Origin: Candidatus Poribacteria bacterium | GTDB taxonomy: Bacteria; Poribacteria; WGA-4E; WGA-3G | Assembly: GCA_965242965.1 (NCBI GenBank) | Contig: OZ251518.1 | Coordinates: 1,184,001-1,248,000, forward strand | Direction: 5' to 3' | DNA: 64,000 bases | Shown: piece after piece, positions 1-10,034 of the stretch | How positions within the stretch are numbered: position 1 is the stretch's first letter | Layout of the letters: every line of letters begins with the position of its first letter | Notes under the pieces: model-generated | Databases searched by the model: none | Told to the model about the DNA's origin: nothing | Seen by the model: only the letters and a program-made list of their open reading frames with translations | Program-made: the position numbers and the translations under genes

Positions 1-270
1 GTTGGCAAAATCGTTGACGCGGTCCTGAAAAAGGGCGGCGCGCTCATCGTCACGGCAGACCACGGCAATTGCGAGCAGATGATTGATGCAGAAACGGGCG
101 GCATCCACACCGCGCATACCACTTACGACGTGGATTTAATCCTCGTTGATGATAGGTTCAAAGGACGGAAACTCCGCACTGATGGCAGACTTGCCGACAT
201 TGCCCCCACGGCTCTCCGATTGCTCGGACTGGAGCAGCCCGCGGAAATGACTGGGGTGTCACTCTTATAA
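1..270 (+). CDS. gpmI: 2,3-bisphosphoglycerate-independent phosphoglycerate mutase, 3' part (truncated by window start)
   Basis: Frame 1 is open from base 1: [11 protein letters not shown]...HTAHTT...LADIAPT, the iPGM metal-binding motifs. Confidence 0.9.
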   Translation, partial: VGKIVDAVLKKGGALIVTADHGNCEQMIDAETGGIHTAHTTYDVDLILVDDRFKGRKLRTDGRLADIAPTALRLLGLEQPAEMTGVSLL

Positions 271-414
271 ACGCGCAGGCACGATACCCCGGTAGGCGAG
301 ACCTCCTGGTCTCGATGCTCGGCAGGCGAACACCCCGGTAGGCGAGACCTCCTGGTCTCGATGCCCGGCAGGCGCGACCGCCTAGTCGCGATACGTGAAA
401 AAGGAGATATCGCA

Positions 415-1401
415 ATGATTAACCAGAAAGTTCGCGAAGATTTCAGGCTCTTCGCAGGGCGTGCGAACCCAGCGTTGGCGCAGGAAATCGCCGCAATTCT
501 CAGCGTGGAACTCGGAAAAGTCTCAATCGGCCCCTTTCCGAATACCGAAACGCGCGTCCAGATTGAGGAAAGCATTCGCGGGACAGACATCTATCTCGTC
601 CAACCGACGTGCGAACCGGCTAACGAAAATCTGATGGAGCTGCTCATCACTATTGACGCGATGAAGCGGGCATCGGCGCGGCAAATTACCGCAATCGTCC
701 CTTACTTTGGATACGCACGGCAGGACCACAAGACGACAGGCCGTGAACCGATTAGCGCGAAACTTGTCGCGAATCTCTTGACAACTGCCGGTGCGAACCG
801 CGTCGTCGCCATCGATCTCCACGTTCCGCAGATTCAGGCGTTCTTTGATATCCCCATGGATCACCTGACCGCCGTGACGACGCTGGCGAACTACTTCAAA
901 GAGAAACAGGTCGAAAACGGTGTCGTTGTCGCACCGGATGCTGGCCGCGCGAAACTCGCCGAGAAATACGCCGATATCCTCGGACTGCCGTTAGCTATCA
1001 TGCACAAGCGGCGCAGCGGAGTTGATGGCCAACAGGTAGAATTCGTTGAATTGGTAGGAGAGATTTCTGGCAAAACTCCGATTGTTATTGACGACGAGAT
1101 TGCCACGGGCGGGAGCATTCATCAGCAGACAAAGGCACTCGCCGACGCGGGCGCGAATCCTGCCTACGTGAGCATCGCGCACGCAGTGCTCGTCGGACCC
1201 GCCTTGGAGCGGCTGAAGGACCCGGTTATGCGCGAAATCGTCACAACCAATACGATTCCTATTCCACAGGAGAAAGAACTGAACGGGAAAGTCAAGGTGC
1301 TTTCCATCGCGCCGCTACTTGCCGAAGCGATTCTGCGCATCCACCACCACCGTTCTGTCAGCCAAGTCTTCTTGGAGCAGAAGTTGATTTTCCCGGTTTA
1401 A
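415..1401 (+). CDS. prs: Ribose-phosphate pyrophosphokinase
   Basis: PYFGYARQD, DLHVPQIQAFF, VVAPDAG and DDEIATGGS motifs; ATG at 415 with AAGGAG upstream. Confidence 0.95.
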   Translation: MINQKVREDFRLFAGRANPALAQEIAAILSVELGKVSIGPFPNTETRVQIEESIRGTDIYLVQPTCEPANENLMELLITIDAMKRASARQITAIVPYFGYARQDHKTTGREPISAKLVANLLTTAGANRVVAIDLHVPQIQAFFDIPMDHLTAVTTLANYFKEKQVENGVVVAPDAGRAKLAEKYADILGLPLAIMHKRRSGVDGQQVEFVELVGEISGKTPIVIDDEIATGGSIHQQTKALADAGANPAYVSIAHAVLVGPALERLKDPVMREIVTTNTIPIPQEKELNGKVKVLSIAPLLAEAILRIHHHRSVSQVFLEQKLIFPV

Positions 1402-1693
1402 CCGAGGGTATTTCATATCTCCGTTTCGGTAGTTATCCCGCCTTAGAGAGCGGGCGAATACCGGAAGGCATTGGGCCACCTCTGTAGTTCGAGATCGCCC
1501 GATCTCGAACGGGTCAGGATCAGGCGATCCTGACCTACAGAGGGGATGCTGCGCATCCACCACCGTTCTGTCAGCCAAGTCTTCTTGGAGCAGAAGTTGA
1601 TTTTCCCGGTTTAACCCCAAAATTTTACCGATGTGTCAGGGCGGATGTCTCTCCGCCCGACACATTAGGGAACCTGTCCCTCGTCAAGTCAAG

Positions 1694-2860
1694 ATGACAA
1701 AAAAACTCGCCGTAACCCCCATTCTTTACCTCAGCCACTGCGGCTCCAGCATCGGCGGCGGCGAAAGGCAGCTCTATTATCTCGTCACAAACCTAGATAG
1801 GAAACGCTATCACCCGCTTGTTGTCTGTCCGGATGACGGCATTTTTGCCGAGCAGTTAAGAAGTGCCGCTATCCCCACAACAATTCTTGATTTGCCGCCG
1901 TGGCGGAAGGCAAAATCGCGCCTCACACGTCACAGTGCCGCCGCAAAACTTGCCGATTTCGCGAAAAAGCACAACGTGCAACTCGTGCATACTTCGGATT
2001 CATGGCTGAACCCCTATCTTTGGCAGCTCAATAAGCAGTTGAACATTCCGGTCATTTCACACGTGCGTAACCTCCTCACCCCTGCGCAGGTGCGGAAATA
2101 CAACTTTGACCGGATAGATGGGATAGTTGCTATTTCCGAACAGAGCAGGGCCCCGCTCATCCAAGCAGGGATTCCGCCTGAAAACATTGAGGTTATTCTG
2201 AATTGCGTTGATTTGTCTGTTTTTCGTCCGCCAAGTGAAGACGTTGAGACAGGGAGGGCTCGCCTACAAGAGATTCGTCCTTTTGTCGTCGGCATAGTCG
2301 GGAGAATTGAACCCTTCAAACGCCAAAAGACATTCGTTGAAATAGCGGCGCAGGTTGCCGCGCGGTGCGAAAACGTTCGTTTTCATATCATCGGGGAGGC
2401 TTTGGATACACCGGAACACCGTGCCTACCAACGCGAGGTTCGTCAATTGGTGGCTGAACTTCACTTAAACGAGCGGCTCGTTTTCACAGGCCATCGCACC
2501 GATATGCCGAAGGCGATGCAGGAGTTGCATCTACTCGTTACGCTTTCGGCAGGAAGTGTTATCGCCGAAGCGATGGCGGCAGGGAAACCTGTCATCGGCA
2601 CGCCTATCGGCAGCACTGCAGAAATGATTGTCAACGGCGTGACAGGATGGGTGATGCCGTTAGAAATGCGAGAGACAACAGGTGTTGAGGGGATTGCGGA
2701 CAGAATTGTCCACCTCGCTGAAGACAGTTTTCTCTGTGAAAAAATGGGGAGTGCTGCCCGGAAGCGCGCGGAAGAAGTGTTCGGTATTGGGACGCATGTC
2801 AGAAAGGTGCAGGGAATTTATGCGGACTTGCTAAGGCGCAGACAGGACGGCCGACTATAG
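1694..2860 (+). CDS. Glycosyltransferase family 4 (GT-B)
   Basis: GGGERQ N-terminal motif, VGRIEPFKRQ, EAMAAGKPVI. Start is uncertain (1631 or 1694). Confidence 0.85.
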   Translation: MTKKLAVTPILYLSHCGSSIGGGERQLYYLVTNLDRKRYHPLVVCPDDGIFAEQLRSAAIPTTILDLPPWRKAKSRLTRHSAAAKLADFAKKHNVQLVHTSDSWLNPYLWQLNKQLNIPVISHVRNLLTPAQVRKYNFDRIDGIVAISEQSRAPLIQAGIPPENIEVILNCVDLSVFRPPSEDVETGRARLQEIRPFVVGIVGRIEPFKRQKTFVEIAAQVAARCENVRFHIIGEALDTPEHRAYQREVRQLVAELHLNERLVFTGHRTDMPKAMQELHLLVTLSAGSVIAEAMAAGKPVIGTPIGSTAEMIVNGVTGWVMPLEMRETTGVEGIADRIVHLAEDSFLCEKMGSAARKRAEEVFGIGTHVRKVQGIYADLLRRRQDGRL

Positions 2861-3019
2861 ACATCTACGCTTACATGAAAGTCCTTCAATTCAATAAAAC
2901 TGAAATAACGTATAAGCATTATACCCTATCTCATGCCAAATGTCACGTGCAATTTTGTTTCTCTATTCCGGTGGGCGCGGTTTGAAACCGCGCCCACCGC
3001 GGTTGGTTTTGCGGGTGTG

Positions 3020-3589
3020 CTACTCCGCTGCATCGTCGGATGACTGCGAACGTGCGCGCGATCCGTTTAATTCGCTGCGCAGTTGCGTGACTTCGGTTTC
3101 CAACAGGCTAATCCGTTCTTGGAGTTGCGCGTTGATAACTTCTGCCTGCGCGCGGGCACGTTGAGCTTCCTCGCGCTCGTGCAGAGCTTCCTCACGCTCG
3201 TGCCGAACTTTCTCGCGCTCGCGTTCCAGCTCCGCGCTGACAGCGGCGGCAAGAGCCTCTGCCTTTTCACGGCGGCGCTTTTCTCGTAAATACATGATAC
3301 CCTCCCACGCCAAACACGGCGCAGCAATCCCGAACGTTAAACCGACACCATAGTGGTAGAGGAAACTCCCAATTTGCCCAAGCACTTCCAAGACGATGGA
3401 TAACCACGTCACCGGAAAAATCCGGGCAGCGATCACACACGGAATAGCGATGAGCATCACCGCACAAAACGTATAGCCAAAGGCGGCGCGCGCACGGCGT
3501 TGCCACGCCTCCGGAATCTCACCTAGGAAATTGGGGGACTTGCCACTGCGGTGTTCAGCGTTTTCTTCAGATTCTCGTTCTTCTTTCAA
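3020..3589 (-). CDS. Hypothetical membrane protein with C-terminal coiled coil
   Basis: Two to three hydrophobic segments followed by an E/R-rich heptad region; perfect sigma70 promoter upstream. Confidence 0.65.
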   Translation of the reverse strand: MKEERESEENAEHRSGKSPNFLGEIPEAWQRRARAAFGYTFCAVMLIAIPCVIAARIFPVTWLSIVLEVLGQIGSFLYHYGVGLTFGIAAPCLAWEGIMYLREKRRREKAEALAAAVSAELEREREKVRHEREEALHEREEAQRARAQAEVINAQLQERISLLETEVTQLRSELNGSRARSQSSDDAAE

Positions 3590-3632
3590 ATGAATAGATT
3601 CCTTAACAATGAATATGAGCTAGCATACGAGA

Positions 3633-3661
3633 ATTATACCCTATCTCACGCGAAATGTCAA
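3633..3661 (-). promoter_or_regulatory. sigma70 promoter TTGACA-N17-TATAAT
   Basis: Reverse complement reads TTGACA TTTCGCGTGAGATAGGG TATAAT. Confidence 0.8.
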
Positions 3662-3794
3662 TTTGATTTTCGTTTTGATTTGAGCCCAGTAGGTCTCGCC
3701 TACCGGGGTGCATCGAGACCGGGAGGGCTCTCCTACCGGCATGCATCGAGACCGGGAGGTCTCTCCTACTGGGGGAAACGAAATCGGCCTGTCG

Positions 3795-6700
3795 CTACGG
3801 CGCGAGCTCTAGCACCGACTGCTCCTGCGCGATGATTAATGCCGATTGCGATTCCGCTGTCATCCCCGGCAACACGATGCCTTTTGCTGTCGCCACTTTC
3901 AATTCCTTCAGGAGATTGCACCGCGACTGCTTCCCACCGTCAATGCTCGGCTCCGCGCTAAGCAACTCACGCAACGTCTGCATCGCCGTAAGGATAGACG
4001 CATCAGTAATGCCTAACACCTCTGTCAGCAACATCTCGTCGAGACGCTTGCGCACCGCATCATCCCAACACTCGTTGAACGGTAGCATCCGCTCAAACTT
4101 CAATTCCTCAAAAACTGCTTCCGATGCCGTTAACTGCGCGTCGGTTAACTGACGCACATCTAGCGTTGGTAGTGTGCGCAACGTCATCAACGATAGACGG
4201 CCGCGCCCAACCTGCTGTTTGCTACTATGAAGCCAGTGGCAGAGCAAACCTAACGTGGAATTGCACCAGAGCGTCCACGGAATCTCATAACGCGGATTCT
4301 GAAATGCGACATTCTTGATGGAACTCACGCCGAGTGCTGGTTTCTCCGTGAAAAGAGCCGCTACGGAATTCGCATTAAACTGCAAATCCAGATTGTAATG
4401 GGCGCGGCTATTTCGCGCCAAGAGTTTTTGCAATTTGGCGGTAGAATTCGGCCGTAGGATTCCGTGTGCATCCGGTGCGACAATCATGGCTCGCTGCAAA
4501 GGGGTGTTCAACTTCCACAAAAATGGATAGAGGTTATTGCCGGTGCACCCAATTTCCAGGTCAAACGCCCCACGGCCCCCATCTCCAAAAACATCCAAAG
4601 ATGACATCCCAAGGGTTGCAATGTCCTCAACACGGCAAATCGGAATCTCCTGTCCGGTGGCGAGAGTTGGCAACCAGAGTGTGCCTTCGGCGAGTAATTG
4701 GCCGCACTGAAGCAATTCCATTGCCTTAACACGGGATGCCACCCATTCGGATTTTTCAGACAGTGGACAGTTAAGCATCCATCCTACCGTGTCCTCACCG
4801 AGACGAAGGATGTCCCCGCCGCTTAGCAAGTCTTCAAGTCGTCTTGTGCCTTCATTGTTGTGGATGATGTCCGCGATAACTGTCGCCTCCAGCGAACTGC
4901 CGGGGCGGTGGTTCAAAGAGACAAACTTTCCGCGGCCTGTGGATCCGCCTTTGCCCTTGGTGGCCACTATCATGCACTCTGCCATGTTTGTATCCGCAGA
5001 GAAAGCTCTACCGGTGCCTTTCGCTTGCGCGATAGTCACCACTATCACATCGCGATATTCAGTTGCGAACATGTCGCGCATTTTCTGGCAGTGCGGCGAT
5101 GCCAATACCGTCACTGGCAGAATAAAACCGAGTGTTCCATCGGGTGCCAACATTTTATCGGCGAGATCTACGAAATAGCAGCCGAGTCCTGCCATTCCGT
5201 GCGTGACGCGCGTGTTTTTCTCGCGCAGTGCTTGACGCATCTCCTTGGCATCTTCTTCCGGTCGTTCGCTTCCCTCAAACACCCCTTTCGGCACTTCGTT
5301 GTTGCTGTCGGCGTTCGGCTTCGTAAACGGCGGATTCTGAATGACGATATCAAATTCGCCGTGCTTGAACGCGCGATTTATCGCGACGGTGGTATGCTCT
5401 TCGCCGCCGAGTTGCACCGCTTCGTTATCCATAGTCGGTAGGAGCAGTTCATTATCGATTAATTCTAGCGAACCGACAGCGTAACTTCCATTCGGCTGTT
5501 TTCCGTAGGCGGCGGTGACGACGCGGGTGCTTCCGATTTTGATGTCGGGCTGCGCGCTGGCGAGGACAGCGGTGGTGATATGCGTCGCGTTCGGCATCAC
5601 ATCGCTGCCGCCGATGTTCTCTTCCAACATCTGCCGGTGGATATCGGCACTGTTCTTGTCTCCTTGATGTTCGTATAACTGCTGGAGGCGTTGGTATACG
5701 CCGTTGAGCAATGCCCCGGTGCCGCAGGCGAAATCGGCGATTTTCGGGAGATGCGCAAACTGCCCGGAGGCACTGTTTGAAACCGCGCCTACCGGTGGAG
5801 ATGGCAGAACTAACGCCGAGAGGAGAGTCGCCGATGTGGGCAGCGTGTAGTTCGCCTTGATGTATTTCCTGTCAACGATGAGTTTTTGGAATACCGTGCC
5901 GGCGAGTTCGTGAATCTGCGCGAGCCCTGTCTGCACCAAATCGTTCGCCGCATCACACAAAATGCGGAGAACTTGGTGAACGAGCCTGTCATCCACAGAC
6001 AGTGCCTCAACGAGCCGTAGTGCATCCTCGAAGATAGGACGGTAGTTCACTTTCAGAATTTTCTCCCAGTCTCGGACAACGGCGACATAGTCCATGTCCC
6101 GGAGGTGATTGCTCAGCGAGTGGACAGTTTCCAGTTCCGGTTTACCGGCGAGTGACGATTGGAAGACGAAGGCATCGGTAATAATGAGCATCGCCATGCG
6201 GTAGGTTTGCTCGCCGGCTCCTTGGTGCAGGATACCCTCAATAGCGTTTGCAATCCCGGGTCTTCCTTCACTTGCCTTGTCAAGCAGTTGCGCGGCGATG
6301 TTAATGTTGCGTTCCATCTCTCTGGCGGCTGCGTCAATGCGTTCGCTTGGGACTGCGCCGACGTGGAGCGCGTTGGCAATATCGGCGACGGTGCCTTTCG
6401 CCCACCCCTTCCTCGGGAATTGATAACGTTCGCCGCTGCTCCTGCCGATGAGCAGATAGAGGAGTTCATCAGTTTCGCGGAGTTTCCGTTCAATATTGGC
6501 ACCGGCAGTATCCTTGAACCAGTTGGGATAGCGGATGGCCATCACGGTGTGCTGATGCTTTTTAGTTTCAATGTAGTCGGCTTCCAATTCGCGGCCGATG
6601 TGTCCCGCGGTCTGCTCGCGCACGATTTTTTCGTGGATGGAGGCGTATTTTGCTTCAATGGCGACAGGTTCGTGTCCCTTTTTCGTCATGAAGATGTCCG

Positions 6701-6818
6701 GTTCGGTCTGGCTATCTAGGAAGGGCCGCTGTTGGGCTTCAATTTTCCAACTATAGCACATCCCTCTTAAAATGCGGACGAGTTCACCGGTAATGACGTT
6801 TTCGTTTTGGTGGCTCAT
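3795..6818 (-). CDS. Type IIG-like fused restriction endonuclease / N6-adenine methyltransferase
   Basis: N-terminal PD...EAK nuclease motif (PDIF...IEAK), motif I DFACGTG, motif IV QNPPF; 1007 aa. Confidence 0.85.
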   Translation of the reverse strand: MSHQNENVITGELVRILRGMCYSWKIEAQQRPFLDSQTEPDIFMTKKGHEPVAIEAKYASIHEKIVREQTAGHIGRELEADYIETKKHQHTVMAIRYPNWFKDTAGANIERKLRETDELLYLLIGRSSGERYQFPRKGWAKGTVADIANALHVGAVPSERIDAAAREMERNINIAAQLLDKASEGRPGIANAIEGILHQGAGEQTYRMAMLIITDAFVFQSSLAGKPELETVHSLSNHLRDMDYVAVVRDWEKILKVNYRPIFEDALRLVEALSVDDRLVHQVLRILCDAANDLVQTGLAQIHELAGTVFQKLIVDRKYIKANYTLPTSATLLSALVLPSPPVGAVSNSASGQFAHLPKIADFACGTGALLNGVYQRLQQLYEHQGDKNSADIHRQMLEENIGGSDVMPNATHITTAVLASAQPDIKIGSTRVVTAAYGKQPNGSYAVGSLELIDNELLLPTMDNEAVQLGGEEHTTVAINRAFKHGEFDIVIQNPPFTKPNADSNNEVPKGVFEGSERPEEDAKEMRQALREKNTRVTHGMAGLGCYFVDLADKMLAPDGTLGFILPVTVLASPHCQKMRDMFATEYRDVIVVTIAQAKGTGRAFSADTNMAECMIVATKGKGGSTGRGKFVSLNHRPGSSLEATVIADIIHNNEGTRRLEDLLSGGDILRLGEDTVGWMLNCPLSEKSEWVASRVKAMELLQCGQLLAEGTLWLPTLATGQEIPICRVEDIATLGMSSLDVFGDGGRGAFDLEIGCTGNNLYPFLWKLNTPLQRAMIVAPDAHGILRPNSTAKLQKLLARNSRAHYNLDLQFNANSVAALFTEKPALGVSSIKNVAFQNPRYEIPWTLWCNSTLGLLCHWLHSSKQQVGRGRLSLMTLRTLPTLDVRQLTDAQLTASEAVFEELKFERMLPFNECWDDAVRKRLDEMLLTEVLGITDASILTAMQTLRELLSAEPSIDGGKQSRCNLLKELKVATAKGIVLPGMTAESQSALIIAQEQSVLELAP

Positions 6819-6964
6819 GAGATGCCTTTTTTAGCGTTAATCGGCGAGGCGCGGTTTCAAACCGCGCTTACCATTGATTTTTTTTACGGATTTCAGGTAT
6901 AATAAAAATATCATCCATAGGCGCGACCCAGTCGCGATTTAACAACTCTAGGAGGAGCGATACC

Positions 6965-7825
6965 ATGCTCACTCAGGAACAATTCGATTTTTACAACGAA
7001 AACGGCTACATCGGCGTTGAAGCAGTGCTAACCGACGAAGAAGTCCACGCGCTGCGCCGGGTTACCGACGAATTTGTGGAGAAATCCAGGGAAGTTACAG
7101 CACATACCGACATCTTCGATCTGGAGCCGGGGCACACCGCCGCGAACCCGCGCGTGCGCCGCATCAAAAGCCCAGGACTCTACCATACCGTTTATGACAG
7201 CACCCTGCGTCATCCTAAAATTCTGGACATCGTCGCCCAACTCATCGGGCCCGGGATTCGGTATAACGGGCATAAACTGAACATGAAGTATCCCGAATTC
7301 GGCAGTCCGGTGGAGTGGCATCAGGATTGGGCGTTCTACCCGCACACGAACGATGATCTACTCGCTGTCGGGGTAGTCATTGACGATATGACGGTGGAAA
7401 ACGGCGCGCTGATGATTCTTCCCGGTTCGCATAAGGGCCCCACCTTGAATCATCACCAGAACGGCGCGTTTATCGGCGCGGTAACCGAGCCCAACTTCAC
7501 ACCGGAAGGAGCGGTACCCGTTGAATTGAAGGCGGGTGGGATTACCCTCCACCACGTCCGAGCGTTGCACGGTTCTGCACCGAATACCTCCGATAAGCCG
7601 CGGCGTTTGTTGCTTTTCCAATACTGCGCTGTGGATGCGTGGCCCTTGAAGGGGATTCCAGACTGGGATAGTTTCAACGAATTCATCATCCGCGGCGAAC
7701 CGACGAACCAGCCGCGCATGGTTGCAGCACCCGTGCGGATGCCGGAACCCTATTCGGAGAAGAAGGGCTCAATTTATGAAGTGCAATCGCTGCTTGAAAA
7801 TCCGCTCTACGCGCAGCAGCAGTGA
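6965..7825 (+). CDS. Phytanoyl-CoA dioxygenase (PhyH) family protein
   Basis: WHQD...PGSH...HGSAPNTSDKPR (HxD...H triad); GGAGG RBS. Confidence 0.9.
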   Translation: MLTQEQFDFYNENGYIGVEAVLTDEEVHALRRVTDEFVEKSREVTAHTDIFDLEPGHTAANPRVRRIKSPGLYHTVYDSTLRHPKILDIVAQLIGPGIRYNGHKLNMKYPEFGSPVEWHQDWAFYPHTNDDLLAVGVVIDDMTVENGALMILPGSHKGPTLNHHQNGAFIGAVTEPNFTPEGAVPVELKAGGITLHHVRALHGSAPNTSDKPRRLLLFQYCAVDAWPLKGIPDWDSFNEFIIRGEPTNQPRMVAAPVRMPEPYSEKKGSIYEVQSLLENPLYAQQQ

Positions 7826-7840
7826 CAGAAGAAACCGCGC

Positions 7841-8149
7841 CTACGGGTGTCTATTTTGTGGAAATACCGCCGGTACCTCAGCGAAAGCTTTCTGATTCAC
7901 AAATTTCGGCGGAGCGGCCACGTCGCAGACTTCAGCTATTTTCCACTGGTGATGGACACCGCGCACGCTTTGAAACTTATAGATGCAACGCTCTTCCGGT
8001 GAAAAGAACCATACCCACTCAACTTCCGGCGGCACTTCGTCGTTTTGGAGATGAAAAACCGCGCGCTCAAGAGTGACAGCCCAGGCTTGTACCTGCGGGT
8101 GAACCTTTCTCACAGGGAACATGAGTGGCAAAATATCTATAAATTTCAT
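7841..8149 (-). CDS. Hypothetical protein
   Basis: 102-aa ATG ORF in otherwise non-repetitive DNA; no recognisable motif. Confidence 0.4.
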   Translation of the reverse strand: MKFIDILPLMFPVRKVHPQVQAWAVTLERAVFHLQNDEVPPEVEWVWFFSPEERCIYKFQSVRGVHHQWKIAEVCDVAAPPKFVNQKAFAEVPAVFPQNRHP

Positions 8150-8424
8150 ATTTTTGTTGTTCGCAAGGCGTTCGGTTTTTCGTTATTCGCGAGGCGTTCG
8201 GTTAGGTTTATTGGTATAATGCCGTTTGTTGACGTAGAACGGAAATCGAGACCGGGAGGTCTCTCCTACCAAGAGGGCAGGCGGTGTAATGCCGTTTGTC
8301 GACGTAAAGCCGTCTCCGCCGTTGGCGATGACTACATTTTTAAAGATTCAGGTAGGCGCGCCTTGGAAGCGCGCCTACCTGAAAATCAAGAAAAGACAGG
8401 CAAAGCCTATCCTTCCGTGCCGCG

Positions 8425-9645
8425 CTACTTCGCGACTTCCGCTTTGAATCCCGGGTGCGCGCCAGACACTGCCTTAATCAAGGCATCTGCTGTCACTTTA
8501 CCCTTCACAACTTTTACTACAGCCGTCTGGTCTGCGTAAGAGATGCTGACAACCTCGATGACACCAGGCACCTCGCAGAGGGCGGCTTCCACCTTCGCGG
8601 GACATGCTTCGCATGTCATACCGCTCACCTTCAGCGTCACCTTCTTGACTTCCGGCATCACCACTTCCGCAGTGAAACCTGCAGCTTTAACAGCGTTCGT
8701 CAAATCGGCAGCGGTGACTTTGCCTTTCTCAACCTTTACCACCGCGGTATTATCCGCAGTCGAAACGCTGATAACATCCGTGACACCGGCAACCTTACCG
8801 AGAGCGGCTTCCACCTTCGCGGGACATGCCTCGCACGTCATACCGGTTACTTTCAGCGTCACCTGCTTAATTTCCGGCATCACCACTTCCGCGGTGAAAC
8901 CTGCGGCTTTGACAGCGTTCGTCAGATCGGCAGCAGTGACTTTGCCTTTCTCAACCTTCACCACCGCGGTATTATCCGCAGTCGAAACGCTGATAACATC
9001 CGTGACACCAGCAACCTTACCGAGAGCAGCCTCCACCTTCGCGGGACATGCCTCGCACGTCATACCGGTTACCTTCAGCGTCATCTTGTCCATCTGCATA
9101 ACTTTAGCGGGAAACCCTGCGGCTTTGACAGCGTTCGTCAAATCCTCGGCGGTGACTTTGCCTTTCTCAACCTTCACCACCGCGGTATTGCTGTCTGTAG
9201 AGACGCTAATGACTTCCGTGACACCAGTGACTTTACTGAGTGCATCCTGCACTTTACTTGTGCAAGCCCCTCACGTCATCCCCTTCACGGCAAGCGTCAC
9301 CTTTTCGGTAGCCGGCGCGGGCATATCCACCGTCGCTTTGAAACGCGGGTCTGCTTCAACGGCCGCGATAAGCGCAGCGGTATCGACTTTCCCTGTTTCT
9401 ACCTTCACAACAGCCTTGTTATCGGCTGATGATACACTGACAACTTCCGTGACACCGGCGACTTTACTGAGTGCACCCTGCACTGCAGAAGTACATCCAC
9501 CTCACGTCATCCCTGTCACGGTAAGCGTCACTTTTTCAACGGCTGCTTCCGAGGTGGCATCCGCGGAATCGGTTGCCATCACCTGAGCACCCATTGATAA
9601 TGCAAAAGCGATGATGCAAATCAACGCTAACTTTGCAATATACAT
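8425..9645 (-). CDS. Secreted five-domain heavy-metal-associated (HMA/MerP/CopZ-like) selenoprotein; Sec at TGA 9502-9504 and 9271-9273
   Basis: AGGAGG RBS, ATG 9645, signal peptide MYIAKLALICIIAFALSMGAQVMA. One frame gives GMT*GGC, GMT*GAC, then 3x GMTCEAC, where * is TGA at the first Cys position. A hairpin follows each TGA. Confidence 0.88.
9239..9253 (-). promoter_or_regulatory. Putative bacterial SECIS for UGA 9271-9273
   Basis: AGTGCA-GGA-TGCACT hairpin at the same 23-nt spacing. Confidence 0.65.
9461..9492 (-). promoter_or_regulatory. Putative bacterial SECIS for UGA 9502-9504
   Basis: ACTT-CTG-C-AGTGCA-GGG-TGCACT-CAG-TA-AAGT hairpin; G-containing apical loop begins after 23 nt downstream of the UGA. 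Confidence 0.7.
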
Positions 9646-9681
9646 GAGGAATTCCTCCTTAGAATAATTTGATTGTTAATT

Positions 9682-9710
9682 AGTTTAACAAATGTGCAAC
9701 TATTTGTCAA
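9682..9710 (-). promoter_or_regulatory. sigma70 promoter of the HMA gene with overlapping inverted repeat
   Basis: TTGACA-N17-TAAACT; TTGACAAAT-N8-ATTTGTTAA dyad spans the spacer. Confidence 0.6.
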
Positions 9711-9728
9711 GTTTTTCGGAGAAAAAAA

Positions 9729-10034
9729 TTATCTCCGCCGATATCCCGCTTGCTCCGACAGCGCGTATACCTGCGGATTCTTCATAAAACGGATGTCTTG
9801 CCCGCGCAACTGCGAGCCATATCGCTTCTCTAAAAATCGGATGCGTTCCTGCCGGTCTGGGAGCGGCACCCGCTTCGGAGCCTGCATCTTCAACAACTCC
9901 TCGCGCGACAATTTTCTGGGTTGCTGCTTGTCTCCATAATAGCATTTCGGACAGAGCGGATAGCGCGGATAACGGAGTCGTCCGCATTTGCATCGCGCTT
10001 TTCCATCGCTGCCGCCGAGAACCTCTTTATTCAT
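9729..10034 (-). CDS. Small hypothetical protein with zinc-ribbon-like Cys motif
   Basis: CKCG...CPKC; start overlaps the stop of the upstream gene (ATGA). Confidence 0.6.
   Translation of the reverse strand: MNKEVLGGSDGKARCKCGRLRYPRYPLCPKCYYGDKQQPRKLSREELLKMQAPKRVPLPDRQERIRFLEKRYGSQLRGQDIRFMKNPQVYALSEQAGYRRR

Noticed and set aside
8455-9586. Long plus-strand ORFs 8455..9429 and 8543..9586
   Set aside because: Antisense shadows of the repetitive HMA gene with no protein motifs.
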